Source: an uncultured Gemmatimonadales bacterium | GTDB taxonomy: Bacteria > Gemmatimonadota > Gemmatimonadetes > Longimicrobiales > RSA9 | Assembly: GCA_963783305.1 (NCBI GenBank) | Contig: CAWAMW010000006.1 | Location: 136,490 to 200,489, forward strand | DNA length: 64,000 bases | Direction of reading: 5' to 3' | Shown here: piece by piece, positions 53,500-64,000 of the stretch | How the letters are laid out: each line of letters starts with the position of its first letter | How positions within the stretch are numbered: the first letter of the stretch is position 1 | Notes under the pieces: generated by a model | Told to the model about the DNA's origin: nothing | Databases searched by the model: none | What the model saw: only the letters and a program-made list of their open reading frames with translations | Translations under genes and position numbers: made by a program

Positions 53500-54041
53500 A
53501 CACGGGCTGCGAGTTCTTCGAAGACGCCCTGGTCGAGCACGCTGCCGGTGGCCTGACGGGCGAGCGGGCGCGGGCGGTCGCCGAGCACCTGGACGCGTGC
53601 GCCGATTGCCGGGGGCTCCTGGGCACGATGCAGGCCGTGCGTCGTGCGGAGGTCCCCGTCCCCGGGGACCTGGAGGCGCGGATCCAGGCGGCCGTACACG
53701 AGGCCGTGGACGCCGCCGCGCGGCTCCCGCGCGAGGAGGGCTCTCGCCCAGTCCGGACGATTGACCCGCGGCGCGTCCGTTCGCCACGCCCGTCCATGCG
53801 TACCCGGTGGCTCCTGCCGCTGGCCGCGGCCGCGGCCCTGGCGCTGGTCTGGGTTGGGATCGGGGAGTACCGGGAGGGTGCGCGCGCCGGTAGCGGCGGA
53901 AGCACGGCCCCGAGCGTGGCGGTGGAGGAGTACGCGCCATACGGAGCATGGCCGGCGTCGGACATGGTGGCTGGGGACCCGCTGCTGAGCGAGCTGTCGA
54001 CCGAGGATCTGGAGCGGCTGCTGGAGGAGATGGAGTCATGA
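53496..54041 (+). CDS. zinc-binding anti-sigma factor (HxxxCxxC) with TM
   Basis: HLDACADC, single TM; coupled to the sigma gene. Confidence 0.82.
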   Translation: MNTGCEFFEDALVEHAAGGLTGERARAVAEHLDACADCRGLLGTMQAVRRAEVPVPGDLEARIQAAVHEAVDAAARLPREEGSRPVRTIDPRRVRSPRPSMRTRWLLPLAAAAALALVWVGIGEYREGARAGSGGSTAPSVAVEEYAPYGAWPASDMVAGDPLLSELSTEDLERLLEEMES

Positions 54042-54577
54042 GAGCGCTGATCACGATGGTCGTGGGGCTGGTGCTGCTCGCGGCACCGCTGGTGGGGCAG
54101 GGAGGGCAAGGCCGGCCTGCGGAGGGCATGCAGCGGCGCGAGCAGCTGGAGCGGCAGGTACGGCAGCGGTTCATGGAGCAGGTGGCCGAGCGTCTGCAGC
54201 TCTCCGCCACACAGCGGCAAGCAATGGCGCAGGTCCTGGAAGAGGGTGTGGACGCCCGGCGAGAGCTGGCGGTGGAGAGCAGGTCCGTGCGCCGGTCTCT
54301 GATGGAAGCGGTGCGTGACCCGAACGCGCCCATGCAGCGGTACGAGTCGCTGCTGACCCGGCTGAACGAAGTGCGGGAGGGGGAGCGCGCGCTCGAGCGG
54401 CGCGAGGAGGCACGCCTCGCCCGCGTCCTCGACCCGCGGCAGCGCGCTCTCTTCCTGGTGATGAGGATGGAGTTCAACCAGCGGGTCCGTGGGATGGGCG
54501 GCCCCGGCCGAAGAGGGGCCGGGCCCCCTGGTGGACCCGGTGGACCCGGTGGGCCCGGTGGACCCGGGGGTCGCTGA
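54038..54577 (+). CDS. periplasmic helical protein (Spy/CpxP-like), GGP-repeat tail
   Basis: Signal peptide, LQLSATQ / LDPRQ motifs resembling LTxxQ. Confidence 0.65.
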   Translation: MRALITMVVGLVLLAAPLVGQGGQGRPAEGMQRREQLERQVRQRFMEQVAERLQLSATQRQAMAQVLEEGVDARRELAVESRSVRRSLMEAVRDPNAPMQRYESLLTRLNEVREGERALERREEARLARVLDPRQRALFLVMRMEFNQRVRGMGGPGRRGAGPPGGPGGPGGPGGPGGR

Positions 54578-54623
54578 GGTCGCTGAGGTTGAACCCGTGG
54601 GCCGACCGCGGGTATCTTGAGCC

Positions 54624-54866
54624 ATGCGCATCCGCACGCTCCTCTTCGCCACGTACCGCGACCTCGCCGGCACGGACACCTTCAATGTGGAGCTGCCGGA
54701 CGGCTCCACGGCGGGGGACCTCGTCGCGCGACTGCGGACCAAACAGGGCCTCGATCGCATCCCTTCCGAGCCCGCGCTGGCCGTCAACCAGGTCTACGCA
54801 CCGCTCTCGACCGGCCTCGCCGATGGCGATGAGGTCGCGCTGCTTCCGCCCGTGGCCGGCGGATGA
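54624..54866 (+). CDS. moaD: molybdopterin synthase sulfur carrier
   Basis: GDEVALLPPVAGG C-terminus. Confidence 0.92.
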   Translation: MRIRTLLFATYRDLAGTDTFNVELPDGSTAGDLVARLRTKQGLDRIPSEPALAVNQVYAPLSTGLADGDEVALLPPVAGG

Positions 54867-55300
54867 GCGAACGCGCCTGGATCACCCGGGATGCCATCGA
54901 TCCCGGCTCCGTTCTCGACCGTGTCGGCTCGGCCAGGGATGGCGCCGCGCTCCTTTTCGTGGGCGTGGTGCGGGACCACAACGACGGCTCGAGCGTAACG
55001 GGCCTCACCTACGAGGCGTATGACGAAATGGCGTCGCGGGTGCTGGACGAGATCGCCGGCGAGGCGGCGGAGCGGTTGGGGACGCCGAGGATCGCGGTCG
55101 TCCACCGGGTGGGCGAGCTGGAGGTGGGGGAGGTGAGCGTGGCGATCGCGGCTTCGAGTCCGCACAGGGCGGAGTCGTTCGACGCGACCCGCTACGTCAT
55201 CGAGGAGATCAAGAAGCGCCTGCCGGTGTGGAAGAAGGAGCACTACGAGGAGGGGGACGCGGCGTGGCTCGCGGGCGTGACCCCATCGGTGGACCGGTGA
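54863..55300 (+). CDS. moaE: molybdopterin synthase catalytic subunit
   Basis: FVGVVRD, YEAY, HRVG, PHR, PVWKKE. Confidence 0.94.
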   Translation: MSERAWITRDAIDPGSVLDRVGSARDGAALLFVGVVRDHNDGSSVTGLTYEAYDEMASRVLDEIAGEAAERLGTPRIAVVHRVGELEVGEVSVAIAASSPHRAESFDATRYVIEEIKKRLPVWKKEHYEEGDAAWLAGVTPSVDR

Positions 55301-56280
55301 TGCGCGACCCGCTCGGACGCCGCATCGAGTACCTGCGGATCTCCGTCACCGACAAGTGCAATCTGCGCTGCGTGTACTGCATGCCGCTGCACGGTATGCC
55401 CTGGCTTCGACGGGAGCAGCTGCTGAGCTACGAGGAGATCCGCGATATCGTGGCCACCATGGCCGCGATGGGACTCCGGCGGGTGCGAATCACGGGTGGC
55501 GAGCCCCTCGTGCGCCGGGACGTGACGAACCTCGTCGCCCTGCTGGCGGAGGTATCGGGGATCGACGACATCGCGCTGTCGTCGAACGCCGTCCTGCTGG
55601 GCGATATGGCGCGCGAGCTGCGGGACGCGGGTGTGAACCGCATCAACGTGTCGCTGGACTCGCTCCGCCCCGATCGCGTGGATGCCATCGCCCGGCGCCC
55701 CGGCTCCTTCGACCGGATCATGGATGGGCTGGCGGCGGCCGAGGAGGTGGGGTTCTCGCCCATCAAGATCAACGCGGTCATCATGCGAGGCCGCAACGAC
55801 GACGAGATCGAGGACTTCGCGCGCATCACCCTGGAGCGGCCCTGGCACGTCCGGTTCATCGAGGTGATGCCAGTGGGGGAGAACCTGGACGTTTCGGCGA
55901 ACGAGTACATGCCCGCGAGTGCCATGCTGCGGAGGGTCCGGAGCATTGGCGAGCTGGAGCCCGTGCAGGGGCCCCCCGGCAACGGACCGGCCACGTACTA
56001 CCAGTTCCCCGGAGCGCCGGGCACGGTGGGCGTGATCACGCCCATGAGCCACAACTACTGCGACACGTGCAACCGCATGCGGCTCACCGCGGACGGGCAG
56101 CTCCGGCCGTGCCTCTTCGGCGAGATCCAGACCAACCTCCGCGACCCGCTCCGGGCGGGAGCCGCCCTGGAGCCGCTCATCGAGGAGACCCTCAGGATCA
56201 AGCCGGACCGACACAACCTGGTGCAGGGAAGCGACGTCGGCTCGGGCGGACTCCTGGCGTTGTCCCAGATCGGTGGGTGA
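55300..56280 (+). CDS. moaA: GTP 3',8-cyclase
   Basis: CNLRCVYC, TGGEP, CDTCNRMR, PCLF, C-terminal IGG. Confidence 0.95.
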   Translation: MRDPLGRRIEYLRISVTDKCNLRCVYCMPLHGMPWLRREQLLSYEEIRDIVATMAAMGLRRVRITGGEPLVRRDVTNLVALLAEVSGIDDIALSSNAVLLGDMARELRDAGVNRINVSLDSLRPDRVDAIARRPGSFDRIMDGLAAAEEVGFSPIKINAVIMRGRNDDEIEDFARITLERPWHVRFIEVMPVGENLDVSANEYMPASAMLRRVRSIGELEPVQGPPGNGPATYYQFPGAPGTVGVITPMSHNYCDTCNRMRLTADGQLRPCLFGEIQTNLRDPLRAGAALEPLIEETLRIKPDRHNLVQGSDVGSGGLLALSQIGG

Positions 56281-56296
56281 GCACGGCGGCGTCGCG

Positions 56297-56325
56297 TTGA
56301 CACCCCCCTGAGCCCCCCCTACGTT
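56297..56325 (+). promoter_or_regulatory. putative sigma70 promoter for mdh-sdh operon
   Basis: TTGACA-17nt-TACGTT. Confidence 0.65.
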
Positions 56326-56368
56326 GCCGTTGCTGAGCAAAATTCCTACGAAAAAGCTCGAGGCAACC

Positions 56369-57295
56369 ATGGTCGGCAAGATAACGGTCGTCGGGGCGGG
56401 TCACGTCGGGGCAACCGCCGCACACAGCGTCGCGCGTAAACACCTCGCCCGCGAGGTGGTGATGGTGGATATCGCGGAGGGCATACCGCAGGGGAAGGGT
56501 CTCGACATGTACGAGACCTCGCCCATCGAGGGGTGGGATGCCCGGATCACCGGTTCGAACGGCTACGAAGCGTCGGCCGGGTCGGACATCGTGATCATCA
56601 CCGCGGGGCTCGCACGGAAGCCGGGGATGAGCCGGGACGACCTCCTCCAGAAGAACGCGGAGATCGTGCGGGAGGTCTCGAAGAACGTGAAGGAGACATC
56701 GCCGGACGCGATCCTCATCATGGTCTCGAATCCGCTGGACATCATGGCGTACGTGGCCAAGGAGACCACCGGCTTCCCGCGTGAGCGGGTGATCGGGATG
56801 GCGGGTGTGCTGGACACGGCGCGATACCGGACGTTCCTGTCCATGGAGATGGACGTGAGCGTAGAGGACATCCAGGCTCTGGTGCTTGGCGGCCACGGCG
56901 ACAGCATGGTCCCCGTGGTGAGTATGACCACGGTGAGCGGGATTCCGATCACGCACTTCATCGAGCGCGGTCGTCTCGAGGAGATCATCGAGCGGACGCG
57001 GAAGGGCGGCGGCGAGATCGTCGGCCACCTGAAGACGGGAAGCGCGTATTACGCGCCGGGAGCGGCGTCGGCGCAGATGGCGGAGGCCATCGTGCTGGAC
57101 AAGAAGCGGATCCTGCCGTGCGCGGCGTGGCTCGAGGGCGAATACGGGCTGGACGGTCTGTTCCTGGGGGTGCCGTGCAAGCTCGGCCGGAACGGCCTGG
57201 AGGAGATCATCGAGGTGGACCTCACGGACGAGGAGCGCAGCGCGCTGAAGAAGAGCGCCGCCGACGTCCGCGAGACCATGTCGACGCTGGGCTGA
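56369..57295 (+). CDS. mdh: malate dehydrogenase (LDH-like)
   Basis: [22 protein letters not shown]. Confidence 0.95.
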   Translation: MVGKITVVGAGHVGATAAHSVARKHLAREVVMVDIAEGIPQGKGLDMYETSPIEGWDARITGSNGYEASAGSDIVIITAGLARKPGMSRDDLLQKNAEIVREVSKNVKETSPDAILIMVSNPLDIMAYVAKETTGFPRERVIGMAGVLDTARYRTFLSMEMDVSVEDIQALVLGGHGDSMVPVVSMTTVSGIPITHFIERGRLEEIIERTRKGGGEIVGHLKTGSAYYAPGAASAQMAEAIVLDKKRILPCAAWLEGEYGLDGLFLGVPCKLGRNGLEEIIEVDLTDEERSALKKSAADVRETMSTLG

Positions 57296-57304
57296 GGCGC
57301 GGAC

Positions 57305-57999
57305 ATGCCACAGACCGTGACGACCCCGATGTCGCGAACGTCCATCGGCAGGAAGCTGCTGATGGCGGGCGCGTCGATCCTTCTCTTCGCCTTCGTCGTG
57401 GGGCACCTCGCCGGGAACCTGAAGATCTTCCTCGGCGAGGGCAGCTTCAATCATTACGCGGAGTGGCTGCGGGTGGCGGGGACGCCACTGTTCCCCGAAC
57501 AGGGAGTCCTCTGGGTCGCTCGCATCGTGCTGATTGCGGCGCTGGGCGTCCACGTGCTCGCGTACGTGGATCTCTGGCTCCGTAAACGGCGGGCGCGGTC
57601 GGTCTCCTACAAGAAGTACGATCCGCAGGTGTTCAGCTGGACCTCACGGACCATGGCGTGGGGCGGGATCGCGATCTTCGCGTTCATCGTCTTCCACCTC
57701 CTGCACCTGACCACCGGGGACGTTCAGCCCGACCTGGCGTACGAGTTCCAGTACGGCAACCCGTACCAGAACGCGCTGGCGGGCTTCAGGGTGTGGTGGG
57801 TGACCGCCTTCTACGTGGTGGGCGTGGTCGCGCTGGGCATGCACCTGTATCACGGTCTGTGGAGTGCGCTCCAGACGTTCGGCATCAACAACCCCAAGTA
57901 CAACCGCTTCCGGAGGCCGACGGCGGGGGTGATCGCGGTCCTGATCACCCTCGGCTATCTGTCGATCCCGTTGAGCGTCATGATGGGAGTGATCGGCTG

Positions 58000-58000
<1 letters not shown>
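57305..58000 (+). CDS. sdhC: succinate dehydrogenase cytochrome b558 subunit
   Basis: Five TM helices with His ligands (HLAGN, HLYHG). Confidence 0.9.
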
Positions 58001-59913
<1,913 letters not shown>

Positions 59914-60013
59914 GGAGTGCCCTGCGGGCACGGGGGGCTCGCTTCGCTCGCGGAGGGGTCGCTTCGCTCCCGGCGGGGCGCTTCGCGCCCGGAACTACTG
60001 ATACGGGGATCTG

Positions 60014-60775
60014 ATGAGACTGAAATTACATATCTGGCGCCAGGCGTCGCGGGCGGAGAAGGGGGGCTTTGAGACGTACGATCTCGACGACGTCTCTGTC
60101 TCCATGTCCTTCCTGGAGATGCTCGACGTGTTGAACGAGCAGCTGATCAAGGAGGGGCGCGACCCCGTGGCCTTCGACCACGACTGTCGCGAGGGCATCT
60201 GCGGCACGTGCGGCATGATGATCAACGGCGTGGCGCACGGCCCGTGGAAGCAGACGACCGCCTGTCAGTTGCACATGCGGGCGTTCGAGGACGGGGACGA
60301 GGTGTGGATCGAGCCCTGGCGCGCCGACGCGTTCCCGGTCCTCAAGGACCTGGTCGTCGACCGTACCGCATTCGACCGGATCATCCAGGCCGGCGGGTAT
60401 ATCTCGGTCCGCACCGGCTCCGCGCCGGATGCCAACGCCATCCCGGTGCCCAAGGACAACGCGGAGCTGGCGTTCGACGCCGCCACCTGCATCGGCTGCG
60501 GCGCGTGCGTGGCCGCCTGTCCGAACGCGTCCGCCATGCTGTTCACTTCCGCGAAGGTCAGCCACCTCAACCTGCTGCCCCAGGGACAGCCGGAGCGCAA
60601 TTCGCGCACGCGCGACATGGTGGTCCAGATGAACTCGGAGAACTTCGGCCACTGCACGAATCACGGCGCCTGCCAGGAAGCGTGTCCGAAGGGGATCAGC
60701 GTGGACTACATCGCCAAGCTGAATCGATACCTGATGCGTTCGGCTACCGCGCGGCCCGAGGCGGGCGTCGGGTGA
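60014..60775 (+). CDS. sdhB: succinate dehydrogenase iron-sulfur subunit
   Basis: [33 protein letters not shown]. Confidence 0.96.
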   Translation: MRLKLHIWRQASRAEKGGFETYDLDDVSVSMSFLEMLDVLNEQLIKEGRDPVAFDHDCREGICGTCGMMINGVAHGPWKQTTACQLHMRAFEDGDEVWIEPWRADAFPVLKDLVVDRTAFDRIIQAGGYISVRTGSAPDANAIPVPKDNAELAFDAATCIGCGACVAACPNASAMLFTSAKVSHLNLLPQGQPERNSRTRDMVVQMNSENFGHCTNHGACQEACPKGISVDYIAKLNRYLMRSATARPEAGVG

Positions 60776-60875
60776 GTAGGAGGCAGGAGTAGGAGGCAGG
60801 AGTAGGAGGCAGGAGTAGGAGGCAGGAGTAGGAGGCAGGAGTAGGAGGCAGGAGTAGGAGGCAGGAGTAGGAGGC
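60774..60875. repeat. perfect 13-bp tandem repeat GAGTAGGAGGCAG x ~7.8
   Basis: Directly visible. Confidence 0.95.
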
Positions 60876-61382
60876 GATCCGCTAACCTATTCCGATCCAT
60901 TTGGCCTCTGTCCTGATCCGAACGACCCCCTCTGCACGGTTACAAATTTTGCTGCGGGGTTTGGGGACGCAATCACTTTCGGCCTCACACGTGGTGCCAG
61001 ACTCGCCATGGGCACTGATGGCCAGGTAGACCGCGGTAGCGTGGCATTCGGTGCAGGAGCAGTCACTGGTGTAGGCACTGGAGTCGCGTTAGCCGGAGGA
61101 ATTGCACAGGCAGGTAAAGCTGGCTTTTCCACACTCACTTCCGCAGGCAGTCGAATATCTGGCAGCGCACACCGTCTCGCCACAACGGCAGGTGGCCGGT
61201 TTGCGAAAGGGGCAAGTAATGGTTTTGCTTCAACAGCTCCTGGGTTTCCTGGCCAGGTCGTCGGTGCAACGATACCGGAGAAGGCGGGCATTGCCGTGGG
61301 GAAAGCAGCAGGGTGGGCCGCCAAGAGCCCAGAGCAAGTGGGAGCAGTATTGGAGGCCGTCCGTAGAATCTTCCAGGAGTAG
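60870..61382 (+). pseudogene. orphan Rhs C-terminal (toxin tip) module
   Basis: In frame upstream of the ORF at 61008: GGDPLTYSDPFGLCP, matching the Rhs core-end motif PxxxxDPxGL, followed by a Gly/Ala-rich tip; no Rhs core or start upstream; lower GC. Confidence 0.75.
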
Positions 61383-61384
61383 CC

Positions 61385-61918
61385 ATGGTGTACGTGTTAA
61401 TCGTCGCGGCAGTGATAGTTGGCGGGGTGGGCCTATTGGTAATTCTTGACCAATTCCCGGCCAAATATCGTAACCTCGACACCCCTCGGGTTCGTGCACT
61501 CTTGGAATTGCTCTATGTCAGGGGGACGGATCAGGGTTTTTTGCAGTTCAAGGGGAAGCGTTACCGGGACGGCTTCCGGGTCTACAAAGTGGTGCGAAGC
61601 ATAGACGATGTGGTATTTGCTTTCGACCTTCCGGACGAAACTCGTCGGGCTGTAGCGCATGAGAAGCTACTTCAGCTATTTGAATTGCATGGGTGCACCG
61701 CGGTTGAACCAGGGAAGAGCTCTGAGAGCCGGATAGCGATTTGCCCACCTATCGTTCCCCAGCTGGTGGCAGTCACCGAGGCTGTGATTCGCGACGGCTT
61801 GGATGAGGACCCGGAGAAAGGATGGGTGGCATGGGTCGAGAAGACTGCCCCAGATACCTCAGCCCATCCGGGGTTCTCCTCCCGTCCAAAAATACCCGGA
61901 TCAGGCCTGTACGGATGA
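61385..61918 (+). CDS. hypothetical protein with N-terminal TM, putative cognate immunity protein
   Basis: Starts 2 nt after the Rhs-tip stop; lower GC. Confidence 0.6.
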   Translation: MVYVLIVAAVIVGGVGLLVILDQFPAKYRNLDTPRVRALLELLYVRGTDQGFLQFKGKRYRDGFRVYKVVRSIDDVVFAFDLPDETRRAVAHEKLLQLFELHGCTAVEPGKSSESRIAICPPIVPQLVAVTEAVIRDGLDEDPEKGWVAWVEKTAPDTSAHPGFSSRPKIPGSGLYG

Positions 61919-61938
61919 AGACGAATCTTTGGCGAACA

Positions 61939-62495
61939 AGAGCCCGGCGCGATCGAGTCTCAGATCGGAGGCAGCTGACTTCGCTCCTCAGCCGGATGGC
62001 CGGATCCGCGCCGGGCTCTGCTCGAAGAAGGGGGTGGAGCCCGGCCGGATCAATTCTAACGTCGGAGGCGGCTCAACTGGCCCCTCAATATGTTGTCTCG
62101 GATCTCGACCGGGCTCCTGATCCAGGATAAGCATGGCCTTCTGTCTCGTCCAGAGTTTTGCCCACCGAGCCCCGGTGCGATCGAGTCTGGCGCGGGAGGC
62201 CGCAGATTCGCGCCTCGAGCCGTTTTGTCGGATCCGCACCGGGACACCGGCGGGCATACTCCACCCCCGCGCGGCGGGCGTCGGTTTCACCCGCCGCGGA
62301 GACAACTACCTCAGTTTTCAAATCGCACCCAGCGGACGCGAGCGCCGCGTAGCTCGATACTAACAAGTCCTCGGAGGCGCCTGTGCTGCTGGCCCTCGAC
62401 ACGCCTTCATCAGAGACTGGGCGGCCTCTCGGTCGGGGTGGGCGATTCGGAGTCGGAAGCCGGCCTGTGCCGCTTCGATATAGTCTGTCCGCCCC
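61939..62495. ncRNA. array of structured repeat units, putative bridge-RNA guide loops of the adjacent IS110
   Basis: Units at 61939-62019, 62036-62117, 62171-62243, 62344-62425, 62435-62495 share an outer stem, an inner GAGG/GAAG...CCTC/CTTC hairpin and two variable loop strands. Confidence 0.6.
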
Positions 62496-62547
62496 TCGTC
62501 CCCGGGTCCTGCCGCTGGTGCACTGGAACTACTCGGTCATGAGATCC

Positions 62548-63819
62548 CTACCGCACGGCCGCGAGTGGACGATTGCGACGCTTCCGCTTCGGCGGTTCCG
62601 GCGTCCAGGTGCGGCCGTCGCGGGCCACCGAGTAGAGCAGGCCCAGCGCCCGCCGGCTCACCGCCACCAGCGCCGGGATCTTCTTCTTCGGCCCGTGCCG
62701 CTCCACGTACGCGTCGAATTGCTTTCGGTACAGTCCGTCCTGCTGGATGAGGCGGAGCGCCAGCATGTACATGCTCCTGCGGAGCACCGGTCGCCCCCGC
62801 TTCGAGATGTGGACCTCGCCCACCCTTTTCCCGCTCGAGCTCTCCACCAGCGAAAGCCCGGCCACCTTGTAGACCTGCTGCTTCGTCTCGTACGCCTTCG
62901 GATCACCAACGGAGCCCAGGAAGACGGCGGCCGTGACCGGCGCCACCTCCGGCACCGAGAGCACGCTCTCCGAGGCGTCCACTCCCTCAAGGGTCTCGAC
63001 CATCCACTTCTCGACCGTCCGGAGCTGCCGATTGTAGAGTCGGAGCCGCTCGATCAGGAGCGGGATCTCGTCCTTGGCGGCCCCTTCGCCGCTGGCGAGC
63101 CCCACCGTCCGCTCCGCCGCCGCCCTCAGCTCCTGGTACGTCTCCTCGCCCAGGTGATTCCGGCTCGCCTTCTTCATGACCCGGAGCACCGACCGCTTCG
63201 GTGCTGCCAGGAACGCGGCGGGAGAGGGGAACGCTTCCAGCAGCGCGATCGGCGTCTTCTTGCCGAAATCCTTGAACCGCCGCTCGAACTCCGGCCAGAC
63301 CGCCTCGAGGACGCTCTTGAGTCGCGTGATCGTCGCGCGCCGCTCGCCCGTCAGACGCTCTCGCGCGCTCACCAGCGAGCGCAGGTCGGCGTACGCCGGG
63401 TCGAGGAAGGCGAACGCCACAAAATTGCCATTGGCCACCAGGTCCGTGATCACCATGGCGTCCTTCGGGTCCGTCTTCAGCGCCTGGTTGTGGACGACCT
63501 CCTTCCACCGCTTCGAGTGCGCCGGGAGGACCGTCACCACCTGGTAGCCGAGATCGGCCAGGTAGAAGGCGAGGGTGAAGCCGTAGATCCCGGCGAACTC
63601 GATCCCCACTATCGTCTGCTCGGGCGTGGCCTCCGGGGCCGCGGCCTGGATGTACTCCACCGCGGCGTCGAAGCCATCGCGATCGGTGCCGAATGTGAAC
63701 GATCGGCTGTCGGCCTCGTCCCGGGGGCGGACTACCAGCGTGTGGGTGTACTTGCCCGCGTCGACGCCGACCACGGCGGCTGCGTCCAGGGCACGACGGC
63801 GCTTGCGATACCGGCTCAT
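62548..63819 (-). mobile_element. IS110-family DEDD recombinase/transposase
   Basis: VGVDAGK (D), GIEF (E), KTDPKDA (DD), C-terminal GLSLVESSSGK...ISKRGRPVLR serine domain; AGGAGG RBS; intact 423-aa ORF. Confidence 0.93.
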
Positions 63820-64000
63820 GGGATTCCTCCTGAGGGGGTGGTAGATTTTGAAGATCTGCAGGACTGCTCTGGGTACAGCTGGAGGGCAAGACGGAGGGCC
63901 ACGCCCGTCTACGGCTACGCGTACGCGCGGAGCCGGGCGCGTGAGAGGAACTGCGGGGATGTGAAAAGAGACGCCGGAAAGCTCTATCGGCTTATAGGCG

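Noticed and set aside
60774..60875. Tandem repeats (also 3766-3897 and 30345-30432) as CRISPR
   Set aside because: Head-to-tail 7/13-mers with no spacers.
61915..61929. ATGAAGACGAATCTT resembling a possible unit-4 substrate (ATGAAGGCAAGTCCT)
   Set aside because: Four mismatches, and it needs a register shift relative to units 1-3; too weak to claim.
61939..62495. CRISPR array or integron attC array interpretation of the structured units
   Set aside because: There are no identical direct repeats with unique spacers and no cas genes. Units lack paired RYYYAAC/GTTRRRY boxes, have no cassette ORFs between them, and no integron integrase is present.
61988..62542. Short ORFs called in the IS110 downstream region
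   Set aside because: No RBS or motifs, and they overlap one another; the region is better explained as structured non-coding sequence.

Overview
This is a high-GC bacterial chromosomal window; gene content and order suggest Gemmatimonadota (inference). About 90% is housekeeping: a beta-oxidation/aromatic-CoA cluster, nfeD-floA operon, tRNA-Leu(CAA), PAS hybrid kinase, murB-trkAH, citrate synthase-icd-pepA, yicC-gmk-rpoZ-coaBC-udg-dnaB, radA-ispD-aroE-comF, gap-pgk-tpiA-secG, 2-oxoacid dehydrogenase E1/E2-lipB, an RND pump, rnhA, carA, sppA, HU/IHF, an ECF sigma module, moaDEA and mdh-sdhCAB. There are two accessory patches. The first (47.6-49.5 kb) holds two exported hypothetical proteins and an IS1595 remnant. 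The second (60.8-64 kb) holds a 13-bp tandem repeat, an orphan Rhs C-terminal/immunity-like pair and an apparently intact IS110-family recombinase. The most notable signal is the ~600-bp non-coding region downstream of that recombinase. It contains 3 clear and 2 more divergent ~60-82-nt structured units, each built as stem / variable loop / conserved hairpin / variable loop / stem. These look like an array of bridge-RNA-type guide loops with different guides, and one predicted guide matches a nearby DNA site exactly.
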